Below are positions 11,058 to 21,993 of a stretch of DNA of 64,000 bases, piece after piece. Below the pieces are notes generated by a model. It had not been told where the DNA came from and searched no databases. It saw nothing but the letters and a program-made list of their open reading frames with translations. Origin of the DNA: Staphylococcus phage vB_Sau_P68. The stretch lies in the sequence record OL741057.1; one strand, 5' to 3'. Both the position numbers and the translations under genes were made by a program. Within the stretch, counting starts at the first letter, position 1. Each line of letters starts with the position of its first letter.

Positions 11058-13892
11058 CTAATTATCGGTAATAGGTGCAAATACTTTCTTCCATCCTTGC
11101 CATGTACCCCCTAAGTTTAAATTCATGTAGGTTTCATAACTATTATAAGGAGAGAAAAATAGTTTAGAATTAGAACCGTACCTTCTTGAATCTATATAAC
11201 CATGCCTAGTACTTGTAGGTGTATTTGTAGCATTTGTTACATAACCTGTCATCTTATATTTAATAGTACTTAAATCTAGTTCATCGTATTTGTTGTCAGA
11301 GTCTTGTGAAGTTATATTAAAACTATCTGTAGAGGCTGTATAATTTATTATATATAATTCATTAGTAGCATTACCTCTATATAATAAATGGAATGTGTAG
11401 TTATTTAGATTCTCTACTTCTACTCTTAATCCTCCAGGTATAGCTACCCCATCATAGTCTAACATAGATACCTTGGATGAATAGAATACAATATTACTTT
11501 GATAAGTTGCAACCATATATCTTACAAGGTCTTTAATATTTGTTATTTCTTCTCCTGTGTATTCATTATAAAACTTACCATCAATATTAGTTTTATAGGG
11601 GTTATAGTTAGCTGTAGGTGCTAGGAAAGGCTCTCCTGTTTTATTAAAAGTGTACTCTTTCTCTTTAGGTTTGTATTCTACAATAAGTACACCTTGTCTA
11701 TTTGCATCTGATTTAGTTCTACTTTTGTAAACAATAATACTAAATAGTCTATTATTATAAGAGAACGCACCTTCATGTTCAATCATATCGACAACTTTAC
11801 CTTGTTTAGTTAGGTAATCTCGTAACTCATAAGGATGGTACGTATAATCATTCATAATATCTCCACTAGGGCTTATCTCTTGTACCCCTTGTAAATGATA
11901 AGTATGTGGTTCAATATCTCTAGTTGGGTTCCAGTTACCTCCTAGTGTCTGTACGATGGTATTATTTATAAGTGTCATACCTTGCTTCTTAGCTGAGTGG
12001 TTTGTAACTCCCCCTAATAAATTACTTGACCATAATGTAGAATTAGAAGGGTTTATCCATAAGTACCCTGTTTTTTTACTGAAATCCTTGTTGAAAAATA
12101 CTACCGTATCTCTCTGTAAAAACACACCTTTAGTTTGGTTATTGTATTCTACTCCCCATCCACTTTCTGTTCTAAAGAAATTCATGTATGCGTTTATATT
12201 ATATTCTTCTACAGGTTGTAACGTTGATTTCTCCTCAATATTTCTAGAATTAGTTACATCAAACTTACCTATATTATTATTGCTTGTTCTAGCATAGAGG
12301 TAAGTTTTAGTTCCTTCTGTTTCTACATGAAGACCTTCTCCTCCGGTTGTTCCTGCGTAAAACATATTAACATACTTATAAAACTCATCATAGATAACAA
12401 TTAGTCTTTTAGTACCACTCTCAGGAGCTGAATGTATAATATAGGTTTGACCGTTATTAATGGCAATACCTTGTGGGAAATAATACGTCACATTATCATT
12501 TGCTACTATACTATCATAGTCTTGGAATTTAAAGGGTAAATCTGCATGTATTTTTATGTCCCTAAACGTTGTATGTCTATACTTTTGTTCGGTATTTCTT
12601 ATTGCAGGTAAATCAGTGTTAACAATTGTTTCAACCGAGCCCTGCTCCCCTGCTAGGTATTCATTTACCTCATCATAAAAATCTTTGAATGTTCTATCTC
12701 TAAAATCTTGGAATTGTGTTATAATACCTTCTGTTCTAGAACTTACAGCACTTATATTTGTTCCTAAGGTTTGAACATCTTTAGTAGCTTGGTTAGATGC
12801 TTCTATAGACTCTTTAGTAGAGGCAATAAGTTCCTCTAGATTATCCTTCCCTACTCCTTCTAAGAGATAATTTATATCTTCCAGTTCTTTTTGTATCTCT
12901 TCTAAGTTTTTCATAGATTCTTCAATACTATCTCCTAAGTTTTCTAACATAGGCTTTTCATCTATATAAATACCATCATCTGTAAATTCAAATTTATGTT
13001 TATCATTTTTAATATAAAATTTATTATCTTCACTAATTCCATACTCAACCCAAACTTGAGCTTCATCTAACATTAAGTCATCGTCTTGTTTAATTACTCT
13101 ATAAGACCCATCACTCGACATTTCTTGTGTTGTTCTTTGTTGTGTTTCTGTATTTAATACTGATGTTCTAATATCCCCTCGTTCAGAAAGGAATAGAGTA
13201 GTTATATGGTTATCAGGTGTACCATCATCATAAAAAACGCCTTGATGTTTAAATAACATATTAGGTGCTTTTTGTATTCTAGGCTCAATCAATGTTTTAT
13301 TACCATAATATGAAGTAAATAAATCTTGATATTCTGTACCAGTATAGAAGTCTGAAGCTTGTGGTTTCTCCTCTTCACCTGATGTCATAGAGAAGAATGA
13401 CTTACCATTAAAAGTTTTAATACTTGTTCCTTCACCATCATCATACTTATAATTTAAAGATGGAAGTATCTCATATAGTGCACTACTATATTTATAAACA
13501 CTATCCGTATCAAATTTACCTCCGTCTAGGGGGTTAGTATTAATCATTTTATTTTGTTCATTATCACCGTACACACTTAGAATAATAGGACTGTTTATAT
13601 CATCATTTAGAAATCCAATTAATACTACAGAACCTTCAGTAATTAAAGGTTTTGTTCCGAATACACTGCCTTCAGGTGTTCTACCAATAAAGGATTTAGG
13701 ATAAGGTACAGCTAAGCTACCATCATCTCCTATATGTCTACCTAGTGTTAAGTTATTAACTTTTACTTCAACTGATTGGTATTGATAATTTATTTTACTT
13801 ACTGTAGCTAAAACTAGCCCTTTTACATTTAAGTCGTCTGAATCTACTCTTTTTAAACTTCTTCCCATGGAAGATTGGAATCTTACTACCAT
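11058..13892 (-). CDS. large tail/baseplate structural protein (944 aa)
   Basis: Long ORF downstream of the tail lysin. Position suggests a Kayvirus baseplate/tail component. Confidence 0.6.
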   Translation of the reverse strand: MVVRFQSSMGRSLKRVDSDDLNVKGLVLATVSKINYQYQSVEVKVNNLTLGRHIGDDGSLAVPYPKSFIGRTPEGSVFGTKPLITEGSVVLIGFLNDDINSPIILSVYGDNEQNKMINTNPLDGGKFDTDSVYKYSSALYEILPSLNYKYDDGEGTSIKTFNGKSFFSMTSGEEEKPQASDFYTGTEYQDLFTSYYGNKTLIEPRIQKAPNMLFKHQGVFYDDGTPDNHITTLFLSERGDIRTSVLNTETQQRTTQEMSSDGSYRVIKQDDDLMLDEAQVWVEYGISEDNKFYIKNDKHKFEFTDDGIYIDEKPMLENLGDSIEESMKNLEEIQKELEDINYLLEGVGKDNLEELIASTKESIEASNQATKDVQTLGTNISAVSSRTEGIITQFQDFRDRTFKDFYDEVNEYLAGEQGSVETIVNTDLPAIRNTEQKYRHTTFRDIKIHADLPFKFQDYDSIVANDNVTYYFPQGIAINNGQTYIIHSAPESGTKRLIVIYDEFYKYVNMFYAGTTGGEGLHVETEGTKTYLYARTSNNNIGKFDVTNSRNIEEKSTLQPVEEYNINAYMNFFRTESGWGVEYNNQTKGVFLQRDTVVFFNKDFSKKTGYLWINPSNSTLWSSNLLGGVTNHSAKKQGMTLINNTIVQTLGGNWNPTRDIEPHTYHLQGVQEISPSGDIMNDYTYHPYELRDYLTKQGKVVDMIEHEGAFSYNNRLFSIIVYKSRTKSDANRQGVLIVEYKPKEKEYTFNKTGEPFLAPTANYNPYKTNIDGKFYNEYTGEEITNIKDLVRYMVATYQSNIVFYSSKVSMLDYDGVAIPGGLRVEVENLNNYTFHLLYRGNATNELYIINYTASTDSFNITSQDSDNKYDELDLSTIKYKMTGYVTNATNTPTSTRHGYIDSRRYGSNSKLFFSPYNSYETYMNLNLGGTWQGWKKVFAPITDN

Positions 13893-14779
13893 TAAATATA
13901 CACCTCTTCATCAAATCTCATAACTCTTCCGTTAAACTCATTCCAATAATCATCGAGCTTATATCTACCTATAGGTGTTTCATCTTTAGGAAATTTACCT
14001 ATCATAGATATAAATTCTCCGTCACCTACATATATTCCTATGTTAGTGTCACTTCTACCAAAGAACAGTATATCTCCTGCTATAAACTTATTAATATCTA
14101 CTTTATACTTATGCCCTTTACCAAATACAGTGTAAAATCTTCCTTCTGTAAAGAAATAGTTAATGTTCATAGGGTAAGCTAACTCTTCATCTTCACTTAA
14201 GTATAACCAATACAGTAAGTTATAAGTATCAATGTAAACATCTTTATCTGTACCAAAAGGATTCTCTTTAGGGGCTCCTTTAAACATATATTTTATATTA
14301 GTTAGGGAATCTATAGCATCATTTAACTCCAACGCTAATATAGTACTTAAAGGTACATCTTCATTAAACAGGTATTCCTCTTCCATATACTCACCGTATA
14401 AAACATCTTGTATCTCATCAAAGTAATCTATTAGAATTTCTTGGTTTCTTTCTACTAAATGGACTGTTACTGTTGATAAGGAGTCTGTTGGTATAGACCC
14501 TCTATCAACTAAATAACTTACCTTACGAAAACTTAATTCTGCTTCTATATCTGTACCGTTATTTAAAAAGGACTCATATTGAATCTGTTGAGGGTTTAAA
14601 CTCTGTATAACTCCTACATAAGGTCTAATGTAAACAACCTTCTCGTACATATCTTCTGTAGTTATCTTTTTAATCTCGGCATCTTTCTCTTTAACTCTTT
14701 CTGTAGTTAAAACATCAAAATTAAACACGTTATCTATGAATTTATCAATAATATCTTTAGCTTCCTTATCTGTTGCCAT
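13892..14779 (-). CDS. tail-associated protein, possible NlpC/P60-like peptidase motif (295 aa)
   Basis: C-terminal GRSDTNIGIYVGDGEFISMIG resembles the NlpC/P60 core. Stop overlaps the start of the next gene. Confidence 0.5.
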   Translation of the reverse strand: MATDKEAKDIIDKFIDNVFNFDVLTTERVKEKDAEIKKITTEDMYEKVVYIRPYVGVIQSLNPQQIQYESFLNNGTDIEAELSFRKVSYLVDRGSIPTDSLSTVTVHLVERNQEILIDYFDEIQDVLYGEYMEEEYLFNEDVPLSTILALELNDAIDSLTNIKYMFKGAPKENPFGTDKDVYIDTYNLLYWLYLSEDEELAYPMNINYFFTEGRFYTVFGKGHKYKVDINKFIAGDILFFGRSDTNIGIYVGDGEFISMIGKFPKDETPIGRYKLDDYWNEFNGRVMRFDEEVYI

Positions 14780-14792
14780 AGATTATCCTCCT

Positions 14793-17222
14793 TTATTTTT
14801 TATCATAAATGAATTGAGCTTCTTTACCTATCTGTGAACTCATATCTATTGTTCTAGTTCCATAACCATTAGCTGTAGCCCAATTATGCTCAGATATGAA
14901 TATTTTCTTACCTCCGTCTAAAACTTTCTCAACGAAGGCAACGTGACCATAAGCATTAGAGCCTCCTTTATCTCCTCGTTGCCAAATAACACAGGCACCT
15001 TGTTTAGGTGTCCTACCTACTCCATAACCTGCTCCTTTAGCCCCACCAATCCAGTCGGCGGCATCCCCCCATAGCGGTACCGGTATACCTAATTGACCTC
15101 TTCTATTATAAGCATACCAAGTACATTGATATTTATAATGTCTATTACCAGGTTGAACAAAGTTAGGGTCATGTTTAGGTAACTTACCATTATATTTTTT
15201 AAGTGAATCTAGTGAACCTCCATCTTGGGCTCCTCCACTATCAGAACCTCCTGTATCTCCACTAGTTTTTTTCTCTGATACTCCTTTTTCTTTAAGCTCT
15301 TTGGATGTATCTTCACCCATAAGCCCACCCATAAAGTCAGATGATTGGTTCCATAAACCTGCAAATCTGTGAGGACTACCTTTACCATCTTCTAAGATAG
15401 CATCTTTTAAACCTCTAGTTACTCCTACAGTTGTATAGTAACCTTGTTTGTAATCAAACTTATGTTCAACAGATTCTATATAGAATTCCCAAGTATCTCC
15501 TCGTTGCTTATCTTCAATAAATAGTCTTTTTCCTAAATCATATTTAGGGTCACCTAGAACAATAATGTCTCCTGCGTAGAAGTTAGGGTTACCATGATAC
15601 CAATTAAATAACATCCTAGAAAACATTGCTAGAGGGTCATCACTTGCATCTGAACCTGTGTCTGTAGCTATATTACTAACACCTTCAATAGCTTTTAGGT
15701 ATTTATCAAAAGCGACATCATTAGGTGGCTCTCCTTTATACTCAATATAGGAATCTAATAATACTTCTGCGTGTTTTTTATTACCAAATCTATATTTAGT
15801 AATTAGTTCTTTTTTTGCCTCTGCTTTAGCTTTTTTTCTTTTTTTAGCATTGTTGAAGTGTTCTTGTGTTTTAAACTTCTCTTTTAGTATACTCTTTAAT
15901 TTGTCTTTTGTCAACTTCGGTCTGTTATCTGATGTTAATTCATCATCTACTTTATTACCTGTTATCTTCTCGTATTCTTTTTCTGTTACTTTTCCTTCTT
16001 TGACGAACTTCTCTATAATTTTTTTAGCTTGAGCTTTTTTTAAGTTTTTATACTTTGAAGATAACTTACTTGTATATTTATCTATACCTTTTGAAATATT
16101 GTCTCTTCCATAGTTACTTAAATCTTTCATAATTTTAGAATAAGTTCCTCGTTCAGTACCATTATCATCTCCTGCAGAATCAGAATCTTCAGTAGCTGAA
16201 CCTGTTTTAGTACTTAGATAAAGGTTCTCTACTTCAAATTTAGTATACCCATATCTATCAGTCAATTCAGGATGAAATTGTGGTTTAGAAAATACATCAC
16301 CATTAAGTTCTTTTAACATACCTGCAGGTGTAGCTGTAAATATAGAATATGTCTCTACATCACTTTTACCTACATCCTCCTCAATGAAGTCTTCGGTAGG
16401 TACTTTAATCATATCCAAAGCTCTCCACTCAGTAGGATTAAAAGGTGTTTTTCTTAATACAAGTTGTGCTTTACCTGGTGTTTTTTCAGAGTTTTTGAAG
16501 AACAATTCATTAAAAGGTCTAGCTGTAACCATATCCATTAACTGTTTTAACGAACCATCAAAATTAGTAAAAGCGGATATTTCAGTTAGATTTTCAAACT
16601 CATCCCAACTACTTAAATCATCATAATCAAGATAGCTATCTATTGTATTATATGTTTTTTCAGTATAATTATATTTCATATATGGTATGAATCTACGTAT
16701 AATTCCTGTCATTACTTCATGAGCTGAGCTACCGGTAAATTTTACTTCATTATCTCCATCACCATCAATAAGCCAACCTACTTCAGGAAGTACAGCTTGA
16801 ACCTCTTGAATAACACCTAATCCAAATTTCATAAAAGGTTTTACAAAAGATTGACCTGTTATTCTAAACTGAGTTTGGTCATTACCATAACTACCTACTT
16901 TTGATACTTGGGAAACCATACCTACTTGGATGAGTCGTTCTTGTCTTCCTTCTTTATCATTAGGGTCATCATTAGGAGTAATAAATATTCTTATAATATC
17001 ATTAGCCATAACTAGCTTATCCCAATAAGTATCTCCTGCCATATTTATTTGGAAAACTGAACTATCATCTTCCATAGAGTTTTTAGTTTGAAATCCTAAT
17101 AGTTTAGCTCCAAACTCATCACCGTTATAATCCCGTGTATCTTCGAATCTTAATGTAAATGTATTATCATCTGTAACAATTTCTATTCTTACCTTAGGTC
17201 TTCTTATTCTACGCATATACAC
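14793..17222 (-). CDS. tail-associated muralytic enzyme (virion-associated peptidoglycan hydrolase) with C-terminal CHAP domain, 809 aa
   Basis: C-terminal QCTWYAYNRRGQLGIPVPLWGDAADW...GHVAFVEKV is a CHAP Cys/His pattern. Lies directly downstream of the TMP. Confidence 0.8.
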   Translation of the reverse strand: MYMRRIRRPKVRIEIVTDDNTFTLRFEDTRDYNGDEFGAKLLGFQTKNSMEDDSSVFQINMAGDTYWDKLVMANDIIRIFITPNDDPNDKEGRQERLIQVGMVSQVSKVGSYGNDQTQFRITGQSFVKPFMKFGLGVIQEVQAVLPEVGWLIDGDGDNEVKFTGSSAHEVMTGIIRRFIPYMKYNYTEKTYNTIDSYLDYDDLSSWDEFENLTEISAFTNFDGSLKQLMDMVTARPFNELFFKNSEKTPGKAQLVLRKTPFNPTEWRALDMIKVPTEDFIEEDVGKSDVETYSIFTATPAGMLKELNGDVFSKPQFHPELTDRYGYTKFEVENLYLSTKTGSATEDSDSAGDDNGTERGTYSKIMKDLSNYGRDNISKGIDKYTSKLSSKYKNLKKAQAKKIIEKFVKEGKVTEKEYEKITGNKVDDELTSDNRPKLTKDKLKSILKEKFKTQEHFNNAKKRKKAKAEAKKELITKYRFGNKKHAEVLLDSYIEYKGEPPNDVAFDKYLKAIEGVSNIATDTGSDASDDPLAMFSRMLFNWYHGNPNFYAGDIIVLGDPKYDLGKRLFIEDKQRGDTWEFYIESVEHKFDYKQGYYTTVGVTRGLKDAILEDGKGSPHRFAGLWNQSSDFMGGLMGEDTSKELKEKGVSEKKTSGDTGGSDSGGAQDGGSLDSLKKYNGKLPKHDPNFVQPGNRHYKYQCTWYAYNRRGQLGIPVPLWGDAADWIGGAKGAGYGVGRTPKQGACVIWQRGDKGGSNAYGHVAFVEKVLDGGKKIFISEHNWATANGYGTRTIDMSSQIGKEAQFIYDKK

Positions 17223-17296
17223 ATACTTCCTTTTATTTTTTTTATATGTATAAGAGTAGTATACTATGATACTACTCTTGTGTCAAGACAAAATTA

Positions 17297-20200
17297 CTAA
17301 TAACTTCTCTTATGTTCATTTGCAAAGATATCCATGTTGTTATCTAGTACTTCTCTAATTCTTCCACCTATAATGTCTCCAGTCTCTTCAGGATTATTTC
17401 CACCTTGAACGTTAACATTAACTGTTACTCTATTAGTTGTAGAAGCATTAGAAGCGTCATTAGAACCTCTATAATTAGAGCCGGAAGATGTTAATATAGG
17501 TTTACTCATAGCTTCTTGGTAGGTAGAGGATAATGCTTCTCCGCCTCCGCCTCCTCCGCCGGAACCACCTTTAACTCTTCCTCCTGTTGGACTCCAACCA
17601 CCATTAGGATTATAGTCTTGTTTCCAATTCTTGTTATTAAAGAATGCTAATAATTGGTCATACCCTGACGTGATATTACCATGACCTTTTACTTTATAAT
17701 TATCAAAAGTAGAAGGTACATATTGTAATAAACCTTTAGCAGGGGTACCATTTATATTATTAATATCTCCAATATTTCCTTGGGTAATTCCAGGGTCTCC
17801 GCCGGATTCATTGTGAATTAATGAAGCTATACCATCTACGTCTTTATCAGTGATATTAACACCCATAGCCTTGGCAGCCTTACGGATATCGTCTTTCCAT
17901 TTATCAGCAGGTTTTTTCTCATCTGAGTTACTACTTCCGAGGTCTCCCCCCTCTTCAGTGTTACCATCTAGACTAATACCTTTAGCACTCTCAATAATTT
18001 TCTGAGCTCTATCAAGTAAGTCACTATAGATTTTAAGGTTCTTAGTTTCAGATTGGTTATTCTTTTCTCTAAGTTGTTCTGCTGTCATTTTTTCTTTCTT
18101 CTTAGTATCTCCTTTAACACCTTTAACGCCTTTTTTCTTATCCTTGCTATCTTCTTCAGATGCTTCAGCGTCATTATCAAAGAGACCTGTTATACCGCTC
18201 CATGCTTTAGATATAGGTTTTCCTATTAGAGAATCTTGGAATTTATTCTTACCGTCCTTATCTCCATTAGACCATCCTAGGTTCCATCCTTCTTTAGTGT
18301 TAGCTTTTTTAGCCATGTCTCCGACTTTTTCACCAACAGCTCCTCCTCCGAAAGAACCTATAGCTCCACCTATTAAAGCTCCAGGTATTGCACCTACACC
18401 ACCAAATAAAGCTCCTATAGAAGCCCCTGCTGATGCACCTGCCATTCCTCCACCCATAGAGCCTACGCCTTTACCAATAGCTTTATCGTCTCCGGAAGCT
18501 AAAGCAGGTATTAATGATAATGCAGATGTAGCTACACCTAAAACTCCGGCTCCTTTTCCAAGACCGCCTGCAAGTTTTCCAAGTTTTCCTATCCCGCTAC
18601 CGCCTGCATTAGGTGATTGTGACAGAATACCGTTTTTACTTCCATCACCAAACTTATCAGCAAATTTACCATAGGCACCTTTACCTTTGTTTAATAAGCT
18701 ACCTGTACCATCTTTTATTTTTCCACCTAAACCTTTGAAGTTCTTAGGATTAAGAATACTTCCACTGAATTCTGATTTACCAGTGTCAAATAAGCCTTTA
18801 CCTGTTTTTTTACCTAGGTCTTTAGTTCTTCCTAAGTATTCTCCCATAGTAAAATCTCTGTTTTTAGGGTTAAGATGGTCAAATAATCCCTTACCAGTTT
18901 TCTTAGTACTATCCCAAGCACCTTTAAACTGCTCTTTTCCGGAACGAGAACCACCTTTTTTATTTTTACCACCTAAAAGTTTATCTCCGAATAGCATACC
19001 TCCTGCAAGGGCTTCTCCTCCAAAGCTCTTAGCTTTTTCAAACATACTACCTACTCTAGAACCTCCTGAAGTTCCTCCGCCATTAGGTGTTTTAGGATTA
19101 TTATTAGCGTATTTTTGTCTACCTGGACTTGTTCCTGGAGGTGGTGTTCCTCCTCCTGATGTACCACCATTTCTTTTCTTATCTACCCATTGTTTACCTT
19201 TACCTACTACACGACCCAAACCAAATTGTCCTGCAGATGCAAGTAAAGAAGCCGTGAATACCCCTACAGCAGTGGCTCCGGCATATACAATTGCCGGTAG
19301 ACCTGCAAAGGCACTATGAACATCTCTTACAGGTTGAGCTAAATCATAAATATCTTCTGCTTTATCATCAGTCTTAGCTTTGTTTTGGTCATTTTTACCT
19401 GCATCAGAACCTTCATAATCAGTTCTATTGTCTTCTCCTTCTTTTTTACCTTCTTTTTCCATTTTTTTAGCTTTTTTAGCTAATTCTTCTGCAGATAAAT
19501 CCCCTTTTTTATATTCATTAAATAAGTCATCTGTTTGGGATTGTGTTAAGTTAGCACCTAGACTATCAAAAGATTTTTTAGCAATAGCTTGTTGTTCTTT
19601 AGTGGTACCTCCCATTTGTTCAGCTTGACCTAGTATATCTGTTAAATTTTCAGGGTCTGATATACCTTTATCCATTCTAGCTTGTAAATCATGCATACCT
19701 TCTAGTCCTTGGTACTCAGTACCCCATCCCATAGATATACGAGCATAAGGATTATTCATACCATTTTTAATCCCTTGGTCTATACTCATCATTGCATTAG
19801 CACCCTGTTCACCCTGTAAACCTTTATTTCCAGTTCCTGCTAGGGTTGCTTGCATAGCTGATAAATTACTCATATCAGTACTAGACATTGTTCTACCTTG
19901 TCCTGATTGCTCAGCTATAGAACCTAATGCTTTAAGTTGCTCATCTTGACGACCAACCATACCTGATTGTTTAATACCGCCTAGGAATGCATCTTGCATT
20001 TCCTTCATATTACCACTAGATACTCCACCAGTGTGCATTAATTGATTCATAGATTCTTGGTACATTTCCTGGTCTTGTATTCCTAATGAACGTCCCCCGA
20101 TAGCAAGTTGTTTAGCTCCTGCCATTGTATCCTCATCACTTTTATGTCCTATTGATGATTCATATGAAGTAGCCATTTTCAACATGTCATTACTATTATA

Positions 20201-21361
20201 ACCTAATTTGTTATCAATTGACAAGTCCCCATATGCATTTCTTACAGAATCTATATCCATATTATCTGAATTTTGACCTAATGATGTAACCATTGGTCTA
20301 TTTGATTCACTTAGAGAAGCACCTTTCATGTATAGACCTGTCATAGCCCCTGTCATAGCCATACCTGCATGAGAACCGATAGATGGTAAACGCTCCTCAA
20401 TCATTCTACCGAATGTTCCTCGTTGTTGGTCTACTTTTCTGCCTTGAAATTCTTGTTGTACTGAACCCTTATAATATTGAACAGTTTTATCAAGTTCTGC
20501 TCCTAATTTTTCATAGTTAGATATAAGTTCTTCTCTAGCTTTCATTTCCATTTTAATAGAAGCTAGTTCTTTTTCATATTGAGCTTTATTAATTTGACCA
20601 CTAGCTCTACGTTTAGTTAGGTCTTGTTGTTGGTTTCCATAATTAGTGTATTGCTCTCTTGCTTGGCTTAAATTACGTTGGTTTTGTTTTCTTTGACTTT
20701 CATAAGAATCTACCTTACCTAGTTCACTTCTAACTCTTGCTCCTTGGTCATATGTTAAACGTCCTGTTCCTTCTGAACGTTCCATGTAACCTCTAGTCAT
20801 ATTACGGTTAGCTCTTAAACGTTTAGTATAATCTCTAGTAGCACTAGAATCTTTACTAATTTTATTGTATTCTTCTGTTACTTTATTTAAGGTTTTCTGT
20901 TCTTTAATTCTATTTTGAATACTAGCGTCTGAGCCTATTTTCTGTGAAGACATCTTCTCAAGACTTTCACTAGTCTCATTAACAACTTTATTCATCTTAG
21001 CGTATGCTTTTTCAACTTCAGGGTCAGGTGCTATACCCTTAGATATATTTTCTTTTTGAAGGTCATCTAAAGCTTTCTTTAGTTCATTTATATTCTTTGT
21101 AGCAGATTGAGTGGATTTAATAGATTCATCCATATCTTTAGAAGATATAACAGATTTACCTTCCTGTTTATCCATTGAGTCCTGTACATTTTTAACTTCT
21201 TTAGCAATTACTTTTAATTTCTTTAAGAAATTGTTTAAAGGGGCATCAATATTTTTAGATTCCAGGGAATCCATATAAAGTTCTATTGCCTTTAGACTAT
21301 TTTCTAAATCCGAACTATCACCGGATAAGACCAATCTATAATCGTCATTCATTGCCATCAT
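17297..21361 (-). CDS. tail tape measure protein with embedded lytic transglycosylase (SLT) domain, 1354 aa
   Basis: Has 1354 aa, long Gly-rich repeats and a coiled-coil N-terminus. C-terminal region LIHNESGGDPG...LLQYVPSTFDNY is an SLT motif. Confidence 0.85.
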   Translation of the reverse strand: MMAMNDDYRLVLSGDSSDLENSLKAIELYMDSLESKNIDAPLNNFLKKLKVIAKEVKNVQDSMDKQEGKSVISSKDMDESIKSTQSATKNINELKKALDDLQKENISKGIAPDPEVEKAYAKMNKVVNETSESLEKMSSQKIGSDASIQNRIKEQKTLNKVTEEYNKISKDSSATRDYTKRLRANRNMTRGYMERSEGTGRLTYDQGARVRSELGKVDSYESQRKQNQRNLSQAREQYTNYGNQQQDLTKRRASGQINKAQYEKELASIKMEMKAREELISNYEKLGAELDKTVQYYKGSVQQEFQGRKVDQQRGTFGRMIEERLPSIGSHAGMAMTGAMTGLYMKGASLSESNRPMVTSLGQNSDNMDIDSVRNAYGDLSIDNKLGYNSNDMLKMATSYESSIGHKSDEDTMAGAKQLAIGGRSLGIQDQEMYQESMNQLMHTGGVSSGNMKEMQDAFLGGIKQSGMVGRQDEQLKALGSIAEQSGQGRTMSSTDMSNLSAMQATLAGTGNKGLQGEQGANAMMSIDQGIKNGMNNPYARISMGWGTEYQGLEGMHDLQARMDKGISDPENLTDILGQAEQMGGTTKEQQAIAKKSFDSLGANLTQSQTDDLFNEYKKGDLSAEELAKKAKKMEKEGKKEGEDNRTDYEGSDAGKNDQNKAKTDDKAEDIYDLAQPVRDVHSAFAGLPAIVYAGATAVGVFTASLLASAGQFGLGRVVGKGKQWVDKKRNGGTSGGGTPPPGTSPGRQKYANNNPKTPNGGGTSGGSRVGSMFEKAKSFGGEALAGGMLFGDKLLGGKNKKGGSRSGKEQFKGAWDSTKKTGKGLFDHLNPKNRDFTMGEYLGRTKDLGKKTGKGLFDTGKSEFSGSILNPKNFKGLGGKIKDGTGSLLNKGKGAYGKFADKFGDGSKNGILSQSPNAGGSGIGKLGKLAGGLGKGAGVLGVATSALSLIPALASGDDKAIGKGVGSMGGGMAGASAGASIGALFGGVGAIPGALIGGAIGSFGGGAVGEKVGDMAKKANTKEGWNLGWSNGDKDGKNKFQDSLIGKPISKAWSGITGLFDNDAEASEEDSKDKKKGVKGVKGDTKKKEKMTAEQLREKNNQSETKNLKIYSDLLDRAQKIIESAKGISLDGNTEEGGDLGSSNSDEKKPADKWKDDIRKAAKAMGVNITDKDVDGIASLIHNESGGDPGITQGNIGDINNINGTPAKGLLQYVPSTFDNYKVKGHGNITSGYDQLLAFFNNKNWKQDYNPNGGWSPTGGRVKGGSGGGGGGGEALSSTYQEAMSKPILTSSGSNYRGSNDASNASTTNRVTVNVNVQGGNNPEETGDIIGGRIREVLDNNMDIFANEHKRSY

Positions 21362-21413
21362 TATTCACCGTCCATTTTAAAAAAATAAGGATGGTAGTAT
21401 CACCTACCACCCT

Positions 21414-21959
21414 TTACATATACCAATCATCATCTAGGTCTTCTAGTGCTTTATTAACGCTATCCTGTGATATCGTAGCATCCTCTTCACTAGTTTTACC
21501 ATTTCCTACTTCATCATCTAATTCTTCTTGTTTTCTTCTAATGTATTCCATCATAGCAAGATGTTGTGTAGTGAGTCCTTCTGTCTCATCATTCAACTCT
21601 GCATCATTTCTCTTAGCTCTTTCTTCTTTATCTCTATCAGATAGTTTAGCTTCCATCTGTTGTGCTAAGTCATCAGCATCTAAGAAATCAGGTACTGGGT
21701 CAAAGTCTTCATGAGATTCATTCCACCAACTACTATCATCATCTTCGAATTGACTATCATACTTGCCACCTTTTTGAGCTTGTTTAAGTTGTTTATTATG
21801 TTCGTAAACATCTCTGTTCATATTACCAATAATAAACTCTATTTGATAGTCATCTAAGTCCTTAAATCTTTGCTCAGTAGGTAAAACATTAAACTCTTTC
21901 ATAATAGCCCATAGATTTCTAGATAAAGGTTGTTTAACAATTGATTCCATACCACCCAA
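21414..21959 (-). CDS. putative tail assembly chaperone (181 aa, acidic)
   Basis: Immediately upstream of the TMP. Lacks its own good RBS. Its frame is open about 20 codons upstream, overlapping the end of the preceding ORF. Confidence 0.45.
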   Translation of the reverse strand: MGGMESIVKQPLSRNLWAIMKEFNVLPTEQRFKDLDDYQIEFIIGNMNRDVYEHNKQLKQAQKGGKYDSQFEDDDSSWWNESHEDFDPVPDFLDADDLAQQMEAKLSDRDKEERAKRNDAELNDETEGLTTQHLAMMEYIRRKQEELDDEVGNGKTSEEDATISQDSVNKALEDLDDDWYM

Positions 21960-21993
21960 TCGTTCTATATCTTTATCTAGTGTTTCTATACTA

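Noticed and set aside
17223-17296. 11-bp perfect hairpin (AAGAGTAGTAT…ATACTACTCTT) between TMP and tail lysin as a terminator
   Set aside because: The T-run is on the wrong side for either strand. This is more likely an RNA processing or stability stem than a terminator.
18144-19319. Long plus-strand ORFs (176 and 210 aa, Pro/Ala-rich) inside the tape measure gene
   Set aside because: They are the reverse-frame shadow of the Gly-rich TMP repeats (GGN codons read as NCC). There is no RBS and the composition is implausible.
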